Shown here: positions 1-11,089 of the stretch, one piece after another
Layout: every line of letters starts with the position of its first letter
How positions within the stretch are numbered: position 1 is the stretch's first letter
Assembly (NCBI RefSeq): GCF_036321535.1
Contig: NC_087436.1
Coordinates: 27,778,001-27,842,000 of the forward strand
Length of the DNA stretch: 64,000 nucleotides
Origin: Camelus dromedarius
Taxonomy: Eukaryota
Direction of reading: 5' to 3'
Translations under genes and position numbers: made by a program
The notes under the pieces: model-generated
What the model saw: only the letters and a program-made list of their open reading frames with translations
Database searches by the model: none
What the model was told of the DNA's origin: nothing

Positions 1-3
1 ATC

Positions 4-73
4 CATATGTGTCTATATATGTATACATATATATATATTTGTGTGTATACATATATATCCACAAACATATATA
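4..73. repeat. Imperfect (TA)n/(CA/TG)n microsatellite
   Basis: Alternating purine-pyrimidine run: tatatatgtatacatatatatatatttgtgtgtatacatatatat. Confidence 0.8.
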
Positions 74-859
74 CAGCTTTTTGTTGAGTGAATACTTTGA
101 GGAACATTTTAGAATAGAAGGTGAAATTCCTGGAGACATTCTCAAGGATAATTATTCTTGGCCCTGCCAAAATAAAATATATTTATTTGCTTGTTGTTGT
201 TTTTCCTGAAATAAACTTCAACAGAACTGGAGCTGCAAGTTAATCTGGTGTAGCACCAGGAACTAGAACTCAGGTCTTAAAAGAGGGTTGGTTGTGAATC
301 ATTTAATTGGAATTTTTATTAATATGTTTGCTGCACAATGGTTTGTCATAAGCATTGACCATTTTTTCTATGTACATGTATGCTGTACGTAAATGCACAA
401 ACAGAGACTACAGCGATATTGACAATGTTGCTATATTGGACACAGCAAGATGGTGACCTATGTATTCTGGAAACTCATCTGCTGTGAAATGCTTTAGAGA
501 TCCTGGGTAAAATATGACCAACATCCTTTCAGTGAAGAAATGAGCTCACAAAAGAATAAAACCCGAAGGAGGTTGGGTTTTGGAGAGAGACTGAAAACCA
601 GAATTGTAAAATTGCATTAATGCTTCGCATGCCTGTAACTGAGAACCTTCTTTTATTGGCCATCCAAGTTCAGAAAATAAGGCCTGCACCCTCATAAGGC
701 AATGAATTTGAGTTAAACCTAAAGAGAAGCAGGACCACAAATAGTCACAGACTCAATGAGTGAAAATATCTGCCCAATATCTAAAATTGATCCCAACCTA
801 GGCTTTATATGGGGAAACTTTACCTGAAGATTTAAAACCACAAGCCAGTCATCACAGAG

Positions 860-3200
860 GCTTAGTGTGTGTTGCCTTCATGGTGTTGGCAAACTCACTC
901 TGAGCATTTAAAATGATGCCACAATGAAAAAACCATGGGGTCTAAACTTGGCAGGGATTAAAGCAAATCCTTCTAGGTTTGAAACACGGTTAACTCTGAT
1001 CTAGTTCACAATAAGTTCAAAATACAAGTGAACAAAACACATGAGGCATCAAGCCACTGTCAGCTAAATTCAGAAAATAGAAAATCAAAAGCAAATAATA
1101 TAATTTAAGCCTTATCATTAATACATTTAAGATAATATAAATAATAAAATATGGAATTATACGGAATTTAACATCAAGAGAAGAGCATATTTATATGTGA
1201 ATAACAAGATAAGTACAAAAATAGGACTTCTAGGAATACAAATATCATACATTTAAATTAAAGACTCAACCAAAGTTTTAAACATCTGATTGTTCACAGC
1301 TGAACAATTACTGATCTAGTGCAAGAACTAAAAGATTATCTATAATGCAGTATAGAAAGACAGATAAATGAGATGTCAAGATTCAAGGCAACTAGAATAA
1401 GACATTGTAAATGTATCATATAAAGAGTCCAAAATGAGGGGATAGAGTGAATGGGGGAAGCAATATCTAAAAGATACTTGCTGAGGACATTGGAAAACTT
1501 TAAGGACAACATGGAAAACATACAACTTAAGGTTCAGGAAGTACAACTCATCCCACATAGGCTACAGAAAAATAAATCAACATCTAGTAATACCATGGTG
1601 AACCTGTCAATAACAAAACACATTGAGAATAGTTTATCTTCAACAAAAAGAATTATTTTGATTTACCAACAGCAACAATTTAAGACAAAAGTAATGACTT
1701 CTAGGTGACAGAGTTTATAATTTGAAGCCCAATAGGCTAAGATTGACGCACGAGGGAGAAATGAGGACATATTTCAAATGTAAAAATAGAGAGTTTTTAC
1801 TACTGACAGACCCATTGTAGGGCCTTTTGAGGAATGTGTTTCAGGAGGATTTGAAAGAGGCAGTAAGAGGAAAGGATAATAAAAAAAATCTATTTATGCT
1901 TGCCTAAACCATCTAAAATAATAATTATAAAAATTATTACATATTACAGGGCTTAAAATAACAAGGAAGTAAAATATTGGACAGCAAAAATGTGAAGCTG
2001 GGGAGCGTGGTAAGTTAAAATTTTAGGAATATTATTTCTTGGGGAAGAGGATAGATACAGTCATTTGTATTACATTTTTGTTAGGGGGAATAGACAGTCC
2101 TGGCAAAGGGAAACTAAAACCAGCAGATTCTAAAGAAGAAAGCCTAAAAAGAAACACAAGACTAGCAAATAGCACTTAAGTAAAATGGTAAAACTGATGC
2201 AAATATATTTGCATTGAAGCAAGTATAAATATTCCCTATTTTACATTTAATAATAGATTGTCATGGGGGAGGGTTTAGGCCGGTGGCAGAGTGTCTGCTT
2301 AGCATGCACGAGGTCCTGGTTTCAATCTCCAGAACTTCCATTAAAATAGACAAATAAATAAAATAAACCTAATACCCCTCCCCCAAAAAACAGCTTGTCA
2401 AAAATTGGAAGGAAAGGGAAATTCTGCTTAAATTTGATGCTGCTAAATATATGAGCAGACTCGACTCAAAGGAAGAAGACTGCAACACCACTGGATGCTA
2501 AGGAAAAGAAACTATATTACATATTTGACATGTATTTAAAATGTGCTTAGAAAGAATTCTATAGTATTAGTGAACATATTTTTTAAGATGAAAATTAATG
2601 CTAGAAAAAGAACAGCAAACAAACCTGATGAAAATAGCAAGAGCAATTTAAAAAGTAATACAATTGAAAAGAATTAAAAGAGAAGAAAAAAATATTATTA
2701 CCTGAAAACAGCAAGACTATATACCTATAAGGTATAAAAGAGTCATACAGACTATTAGAATTAATGAATGAATTTAGCAGAGTTCCTGGAAACGAGATCA
2801 GTTTATAAAAATCAGATTCTTTTTAGCAATTATAGATAAAGAAATAGAGATTATACTAATAATTTGCCACTTAAAAATTATTTGCCCTAAAAAACTAGGA
2901 TAAATCTAATGGAATATGTAAAACGGTTCTACATTGAAAGCACATAAATAGGAAAAACTAAAGAAAACCAAAATAAATAAATAAAGCATCTTCATGGCTT
3001 GGAAGACTCAGTATTGTTAAGGAATCTATTTATTTACAGATTGAACATACTAAATTTTAAATCCAATAGGATATTTTTCTCTGTGGAAATTAACAAGATG
3101 TTTCAATAATGTGTACACAAGTAAAATAGGCCAAGAATAGCCTTGGAAATCTTAAAGAAGTACAAAGTAGGGTGACATTCAATTCTGGAAGAAATATCTG
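860..3200 (+). mobile_element. Ancient, internally deleted L1 (L1M/L1ME-type): 5' region, ORF1 remnant, inter-ORF region, ORF2 start and a downstream ORF2 piece
   Basis: ORF 1451-1708 (ENFKDNMENIQLKVQEVQLIPHRLQKNKSTSSNTMVNL) resembles the ORF1p motif ENFPNL..IQIQEAQRTP.R...K.STPRHIIVKL. About 2180-2263 resembles the ORF2 endonuclease start. 2750-2815 reads like LLELINEFSKVAGYKINIQKS and 2990-3025 like WIGRLNIVKMS. Many stops and frameshifts; 5' boundary uncertain. Confidence 0.75.
2265..2390 (+). mobile_element. tRNA-Ala(AGC)-derived SINE, camelid vic-1-like
   Basis: Head ggggagggtttaggccggtggcagagtgtctgcttagcatgcacgaggtcctggtttcaatctccagaacttcca matches tRNA-Ala including cttAGCat. A-rich body and ccccc-aaaaaa tail. 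Degenerate TSD aatagattgtca (2252-2263) / aacagcttgtca (2389-2400). Homologous to the copy at 58929-59085. Confidence 0.9.
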
Positions 3201-3234
3201 ATTTTAGGTTAAATTTTAGTAATTAAACCTTTTA

Positions 3235-3459
3235 CAAGTATACAGCAGTAAGTTTAAATTCTGCATGACGTGAAATAATGTGATTGCTTATGAGGCTAAT
3301 AAAAATGTGTCTGCATATTTCTGTGTATTAAAAGTCTCTTAATTTTAATTTCTAATTTGATAAATGCCAATAAATATAACCAAATAAACAAAAGCTTTGG
3401 GGTTAACAATTTTCTAAGATGTTAAAGGGGTCTTGAGGCCAAAAATTTTAAGGACACTG
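3235..3459 (+). mobile_element. hAT-Charlie DNA transposon 3' end (Charlie1-like)
   Basis: ataaacaaaagctttgggg...aaaggggtcttgaggccaaaaattttaaggacactg resembles the Charlie1 terminal sequence ending in ...CTG (recalled consensus). Confidence 0.6.
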
Positions 3460-3750
3460 ATGTGAGATTGTAGTTTGGGTAGTTTGGTTTATTTGAGTAG
3501 TTTGAGTTATAAGTCAAAAGAGACTTAGATGCCAGGTAAAATAACTACTGTGCTTTTTCATTTTCCTTTCTAAGTCATAACCAAAATATTTCTCAGCCAC
3601 ACCACCACCTCTTCCCATCCAACACCCATCCCCAAAAGAGTTTCATTGTGAGTACAGCTGTTGGGCATTTGTCCTGGAAACTGAAATCTCCACGTGGTCT
3701 CTCCTCTTACCTGGGTTGTACCTAGGTAATGGTAGGTAATATTTAGCAGG

Positions 3751-4018
3751 TTTTTTTTTTGTTTTTTTTGTTTTTTTTTTTTGCATTGAGTTGTTTGTTT
3801 TTTTCTTATTAAGGTGTATGAGCTGTTTATATATTCTGGAAATTAAGCCCTTGTCAGTCTCATCTTTTGCAAATATTTTCTCCCATTCTGTAGGTTGTCT
3901 TTTTGTTTTGCTAATGGCTTCCTTTGCTATGCAAAACCTTGTAAGTTTAATTATGTCCTATTTGTTTAGTTTTGCTTTTACTTCTATTGCCTAGGTAGAC
4001 TGATCTAAGAGAACATTG
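3751..4018 (-). mobile_element. L1 ORF2 internal fragment carrying a poly(A) tail
   Basis: Antisense ORF2 sequence (tttgcaaatattttctcccattctgtaggttgtc; antisense ORF 3791-3994 [25 protein letters not shown]) abutting a T-tract at 3751-3782. Confidence 0.9.
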
Positions 4019-4239
4019 GAGAGTAAGAGTGAGGGATCTATTTGGTAAAAGATCTGACATATGATCATGGAAGAGAAACTTGTGAGAATAAAAATATCTA
4101 ATAAGAATTTTTGTTAATTTTTTAAAAATTTGTTGTTTGCAGTAGATTACTTCTTTGTTCTCTAGTAACAGTGGCAGTACAATCTAGGCACTGAGTATAC
4201 AATGACGAACAAGATGAACACATTCCATGCCCCAGTAAT

Positions 4240-4530
4240 TTGCTTATTTTTGTTTATATTCTGTCATCCCACTAGATTATAACTTATCTGAAAGAAGAAA
4301 CCTTGTCTGCTCCATTTGTCACCTGATCATTAGCCCTCCCAAGTGATGCTTGCTGTGTGCACAACTGACTGTACATGGTGACTGATGGAGTAAAGATAGG
4401 GAAGATGGCTCCTCCATTAAATGATAAGACCCATGAGGGCCAGAAATTTTGCTCTTTTGGCTAATTTTCCAAGAGTCAGTCGGTAACAGTACCTAAAACA
4501 TAGAAATAGAGTAAATATGTGTTGAATTAA
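4240..4530 (+). mobile_element. L2 3'-end fragments
   Basis: cccactagattataac...ccttgtctg and ataagacccatgagggccag...agtacctaaaacatag...aaatatgtgttgaat resemble L2 3' termini. Confidence 0.5.
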
Positions 4531-4809
4531 AAAAATCCTGAATTACTTCTTTCTGATTCAGCCTTTGGGGTCTCAGGAGGTAATATTGAGCAAGTGGAAA
4601 GAACGCTCAAGGCCACATCTTCCCTTTTTTCAGTGGGACTTTGTGTGTAGTGTTCATTAAAAATCATCAGATAACAGAGGATATGTTATAGTTGCTAGAT
4701 CACTGAATGATGAAACAGACAACATTATCCAATATCACAGATGCTTCACTTTTGAGAAGAGCTGCAGTGCACACACAGTTTGAAACTTGAAATAAGAAGA
4801 TAAACAGTC

Positions 4810-4902
4810 TCTCCCTCATGGATTTGTTGTCACAGTTAAAGAAAATAATGTGTGAAGGTGCAAAGCAGCATCTCATCCATAATCGGCACCTAATAAACAT
4901 CT
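4810..4902 (+). mobile_element. MIR 3' fragment
   Basis: cctcatggatttgttgtcacagttaaagaaaataatgtgtgaaggtgc...ggcacctaataaacat. Confidence 0.55.
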
Positions 4903-7298
4903 TTCTGAGTAGAGGAAACGGGAATAATTGTCCTTTAAATATAATTGTAGGGAAATTTCCTTTAAGGATTATGAAGTTAAAAAAAGAGAGGAATACTTGA
5001 CTGCTCTTTTGAAAAAGTATGGAGTGACCACGACAAAAATATATTTGTTTATAGAGAATGTAGAAGTAACACAGTGCAGTCTGTGGCTGTATTTAACCTG
5101 AAATGTTGTTGGAACTGCAGAATATATTGACCCAGGTACACTTACTTTTAAGGAATCCCAATCATGTTGATGAGTCTCTAGTTATATCTCTGTTTTACAC
5201 ACCTTGTTCTAATACCAGCAGAATGCTAATTGTTTTAAGTGGATTACTCAGCTGACAGAGACCTTTAGCAGAAAGACAGGTTTGATATGGAGAATTGAAA
5301 GTTAGCTAATGAAGAACACTGAAACTAGCTTGGTAGAATGTTAATTGACTGCCCTTATTTTTTTTTTTTTTTTTTTTGTGAGAAAGTGAAACTTCCACAT
5401 ATAAAATAATTCTGCCTATGTCAATATATTTGGTAGGGCTCAATATGATTTGAATGAATACGGTTTTGTCTTTTTAAATTTTAAATGCATGCTAGAATTT
5501 TGCCCTGATATGGTTATTATCCTCTGTGTGATTTTTCCAAGATTTGGAAATTCTCTGCTTTTTTTTTTTTTTTTTTTCTTATAAAAGAAAAGCAAAACAT
5601 TAAAAAAAAAAAAAGAAGAAAAAGTTCATGGGACTTTGCCATACTACATACATACATCTCTCCCTTTCAATTTTGCTTAATAATTAGAATGCCTAATATT
5701 CTTTTTATCAATAGATGAAGGATGGAGCCTTTACTGGTGCCACAAATTGTCTTTTGTATTTTAAAGGTAACATTTTAGATACTGTTCCTGGTCAATGACA
5801 ATTTTCTTAGACCGATGGAAAGTGCACTGTGTTTTAATGAATTTGTGTAACTCTTCAGTATATTTTAATTATCTGGGAAATCAGAAAAATTAATGTAGGT
5901 TACTCATTTTGAATATTAGTTATATTATTCCTAAACTTTATGCTAATAGGTGTCGAATCACAATGACAATATAAATTTTGAACACTGAGTAAAAAGTTGG
6001 GTTTACTGGATTGCTTCCAATCCAACATTTTTACCATGTGGAAAGTTTTATGTAGCAACTGAGTGAAAATGTGTTTTCTTATGACTCATTTCTACTTTTT
6101 TGTCCTTTTTATTTACTTGATGTGGTTCTGATGTACTAAGTACTTTTGGTCTTCAACTATAATGACACTCTTCAGGAATTCTATCACTTTTGGCTTCTTT
6201 AAGTTTTGATGTTTAAAAGTTGCCATCACGCCAGTAATCTTTCAATTAGCACCTCTCCACTAATGCAGTCTTCCATGAATTTGCTTGTCTGCCTTGTTAA
6301 TAAAAAATAGGATTAATTAATGACCTCTGTGATATTGTTATGAATAATTCTCTTTTTATCTTAATTCAGATATGCCTGGCATGCGATGGTGCCAATCAGT
6401 AAAGTTTATTTGAGTATTAGACTAAAAAAGAACTACAAAAATTGTCAAAAAAAAACAATTAGAGGTGGAAAATTAATGTTATGATGCAGCTGTCAGAATC
6501 TTCATTAACAGTACCCTCCTATTTTGGCAAACATTTTTATAGGTCAGCTGGAGAGAAGAAAAACAAAGAGAGTGTGTGTGCTTGTCATTTGTGACAAAAT
6601 TAACAAATAAAAGTCTACATGTGAACTTTATGATAAATATTGAAAGGCAGATATAGCACCTGTTTCTTGGAGAAAATACCTTTATATATAAAAATGTTAT
6701 TAAGTTGTTGTTAAATATGTTATTTCACTTTCTCATTTTAGTGTAAGTTCGTATTATTAACCAAACACACACAGATAAAGCCAGTTATATTTCATTGATA
6801 GATCTAGTTACATTTCAAGTAACATGTGTGGATACAAATATAAATGGTGATATCACTGAATACATCAAGAGTTCAATGTTGAACATGTTTCATTTAGGTT
6901 GACTGTATTCCACAATATGAAAAAAGAGTATTTAAGTGTCCCTTTGAGAAAAACCTAATCACACATTTTAATATGAGATCACTCTTTTCAGTGTTTGAAA
7001 AGGGTACACACTGTCATGACAGTGTAATGTTAGCAAATGAATATATCAGGTTTTGACTGAATGCTCTATGCTGACCAGGTTAGTGGGAAAAGGAAAAGAA
7101 AAATGTTATTTTAAAAAGTTGCTTGCAGTTTAAATGACTTACTCTGAGAGGGTGGCAGTATCATTCATAGAAAGAAAATTAATCTTTGCTGGGAATAAAA
7201 CAAAAAATCATTATTGGCCTCTTTGGTGATGAAAGGCAAGGCACAAGACCAGTTTGCTAATAGCTACCTGGGAGGTATTTAGATAACTAAGAATTAAA

Positions 7299-7795
7299 TC
7301 GCTCTGTAAAGTGATGTAAGAGGGATTTTGCGCTTGACAGGGGATGCTTTGAAAATAGAGTAGGTATCCTTGAAGAAAGATTGGGAAGAAGCTGAGGTGA
7401 GGTGGGAGCGGCAGAGGGCTGGTAGGGGCGGGGTGAAGGCTGCCGTGCTGGTGTATGTTGAGCTTCCTTCCCTTTCCCATCATGGCGTGACCACCGAGAC
7501 TTTAGGAACAGTGATACATGCTTTCAGTTTGAAATTGGTTTCTACCTGCCTTACAATAACTTTCTTTTACTGCCAAAATTTAGTAATGATCTATTGCATA
7601 CAGCCGTACTTTTCAGTGATGCTTTGGCAACGAAGGAAGTGAGAACGTGGGCCAGGAGGTTCGAGTAGTGTTCAGCGACTGTATGAACAGAGACCGAGAC
7701 CTAACATCAGTGCTCAGAGTCGTGATTAAGAGTATTAGCTGTTGAGGAACGGGTAGTAGCACCCACTTTGTCAGGCTCAGTCAGCTCTTCCGCCC
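7299..7795. promoter_or_regulatory. CpG-enriched segment with GC boxes; candidate promoter/enhancer
   Basis: About 16 CpG in about 500 bp (hand count) in a CpG-poor window; GGGGCGGGG 7425-7433, CCGCCC 7790-7795, AGGAAGTG near 7635. Confidence 0.35.
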
Positions 7796-10385
7796 AACTA
7801 CAACTAAAAGGGTGAAGGATAAAAACCTAGATGCTATATTCTAACAATATCTCACACAGTGTCTAGAGGTATTAGCAATGTTTAATAACTCATAATGATT
7901 TAATATTATACCATTGAAGAATCTTTTTTTTCTGTTTTCTAATGAAGAATCACTTAAAAGGTATGAGTAGTCCTGAGAGAACGTACAAAAACTTTTGTGC
8001 AAAAAAGTATATTTCATGTGGTGAGTTGGAATACATATAGCTATACAGATATACCTGTGGTTCTTAATAATTAAAAAGAATATTCACAAAAAGTGCTAGA
8101 TTTTAAGAGATGTATGAGAAGGACAGTAATGTATTTTCACAAACTCAGGTCAAGCATGACCTTAATGATTCTCATGCACCTTCAATTTAAGCTTTCAGAA
8201 AATTAATCACTTTAAACCATTTTATGTGCTGAAGTAACTTGGCTTTTTTATTACGTAATTATAGGACATGGCAGGGTAAAGCTGTTTCCGCACATTCATG
8301 GCTCTCAGGTGGATAACAGATCGCAGCTCTGTGTAGCAGCTCTAACTAGAAAACACAATGAGCTTCCTTATCTTCCCAGTATAGGTTTTCTTTATAAAAG
8401 TCTTAGAGAATGTAAGAAAGCTTTGGTGACAACATAAGGAATTTTCAGTGATAAGGTTTTTTGACCTGTGCATATAACTACAATTTAAAATACAAGAATT
8501 CAAATTTCATTACTATAAATAGGATGGATATTTTGTAGAATATAAACTAGCTGGTAGCATTAGGTGAGCCGATTGAAATTATTTTAATAAAAATATAGAA
8601 TATGTATCTAATAATTGCCAAAATTGAATGAATAAATGTTGGTTGTATGAAAAAAAACTGATTTTTAGGCTTCTACTACCACTAATTTTAACAGCATAAT
8701 AATTGAGATTGATGTTTTTAATGCAATATTTTCCAGTTACACATAGGATTCACAGTAAATATAAAATAACCAGTTGCAATCTTTAGAAGTTCCATATTTT
8801 TCCAAAATTTTACTTAAAAAAAAACTCCATTCACTTTGCTTTATGAGTAATTATGGATAACTAATATAGAGTGGAAAAGTAGAGATCTTACAGAATACAT
8901 TCTTTAAATGAGAATAAAAATTAAAATAGAAACTAATTTCTAGTACAAAGAATACCTAAGAAGGAAAGAAAGCCCTTCAGAACACCATGGGTGTTATTCT
9001 GTACGTGTTGTAAGCAGCTTAGTGAGTAGTGAATAGTGGTTCCTTTGTATTGATTTGTCAGTCTCACTAGGAATTAAAATATATAATTGTGAAAAGTAAA
9101 GTATATAATCATGAAAGAAAGATAAAATAATTAATAACTCTAATTAAAATTGTTTTTAAAAGGCATCTAACATCTAAAGTTTTAGGGAAAGTTACACTTT
9201 TCTAAAATTAACTTTGAGTTCATGTCAACACTATAATCTGTTTTCTGTTTCTTTACATGTAAGTGGCTTTCAGAGTTGTTTTATTTATATTTTGAGATTC
9301 TGAACTCATTAATAAATTTTGTAATAAATTATGTAAAAATCAATCAACAACTCTAGTAATTGTCATGAGGATAAAACTAGATGCTTTCACAAAGTGGTGG
9401 CTTATGGCTATAAGTATTAATTTTTGTGGTGAGATGATAAAGTATAATAATATTTACAAATTTTGCTTTCAGGGTTTATGGTGTCACATGTTTTCCTTGT
9501 ACTTCAAAATAGTTGAAAGTCATTCACTCATATGTATTTATAACTAGTAAACTATATTATCCCAAAAGAGAGTTATTATGGTGGTTAAATAAAGATTATT
9601 AAGGGAGCAAAGTCATGGAGGACAATAACACTGCAAGCAAAAGCAGGAAAAAGCAATGAGGTCACCAGAGAGGTGGACTTGTGTGCAGCAGAGTGTATAA
9701 GAAAGGAAATTGGTAGAAATGAAAGAGGAGACCAAGGGCGAGGTGTCAAAGTGTACTGACAAGCAAACATTAGTGGTTAATGGGCAATAAAATTTTAAGA
9801 TGAGGGGGTCTCCCAAACTTAAAGGTATTGACTTTTGTAGCTTTATTATGGGATAAGACACAAAATTATATCACCAGCACTTATGTCAATTAAATATCCA
9901 TACTTTGCTTGAAAGAAATAAAAAATTAATGCAGGACATTATTCTACCCGCTGCTTAAGTCACTCTTCAGTCAAAAATTATGTGATTAGAGATGTGTTTA
10001 ATCCTTTCAGTCTATATCTTAGTAGTGACCTTGATGAATAAATGCATTTTGGGGTATGTCTATTCCTTTATTTTCAGGACGTTATTACATTTTCCTCTTA
10101 AAAGTGCTAAAAAGGTGTTTCTGCTAATTTTTTGGTGTAGTCTATTTGATTTAAATGTTAACATCTAAATATACTTAACTACTTAAAGTTGTTACCTCCA
10201 GCACCAGTAACATGCACACACTAACATTACTCACATTCTGGATATATATTGAATTGGATACCATAAATATATTAATTTGTACTATCAGATTAACATTTTT
10301 TGCATTTCTAAGGATATGGCTTTTCCTTTCTCTGCATATGTTTTAAATTCCTATATAAATATCATTGGTCTAAAACTTAATGGTT

Positions 10386-11089
10386 AGTAGTTTGGTGCAG
10401 CCATTATGGAAAACAGTATGGAGACTCCTAAAATAACTAAAAATAGGCTTACCATATGATCCATCAATCCCACTCCTGGGCATATACCCAGAGGGAACCT
10501 TAATTCAAAAAGATACATGCACCCCAATGCTCATACCAGCACTATACACAATAGCTAAGACATGGAAGCTACCTAAATGTCCATCAACAGATGATTGGAT
10601 AAAAAAGCTGTGGTATATTTATACCATAGACTACTACTCAGCCATAAAAAAGAATAAATAATACCATTTGCAGTAACATGGATGGGCCTGGAGATCGTCA
10701 TTCTAAGTGAAGAAAGCCAGAAAGAGAAAGAAAAATACCATATGATATCACTTATATGTGGAATTTAAGAAAAAAGACAAATGAACTTAATACAAAACAA
10801 AACAACAGACTCACAGACATAGAAAACAAACATGGTTACCAGTGGGTAAGGGAAGGGATAAACTGGGAGTTCGAGATTTGCAGATACTAACTACTATATA
10901 TAAAATAGATAAACAACAAATTTATACTGTATAGCACAGGGAACTATATTCAATATCTTATAATAACCTTTGATGAAAAAGAATATGAAAATGAGTATCT
11001 GTATATATGCATGATGGGACATTATGTTGAACACCAGAAATTGACACAACATTGTAAACTGACTATACTTCAATTAAAAAAAAATTTTA
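10386..11089 (+). mobile_element. 5'-truncated, relatively young L1 (ORF2 end + 3'UTR + A-tail)
   Basis: Canonical L1 3' sequence (ttaccatatgatccatcaatcccactcctgggcatatacc; cctaaatgtccatcaacagatg); A-tail; TSD aaaacttaatggtt (10372-10385) / aaaacttcatggtt (11090-11103). Confidence 0.95.

Noticed and set aside
2265..2340. Functional tRNA-Ala gene
   Set aside because: Mutated stems and promoter boxes, SINE tail, TSDs and a second homologous copy show it is a SINE.
5000..6310. 3'UTR of a gene
   Set aside because: U-tracts and an AATAAA are present but are common in AT-rich DNA, and no upstream coding exon was found.
8147..8162. Canonical estrogen response element
   Set aside because: The spacer is 4 nt, not 3; kept only as an IR4 motif observation.
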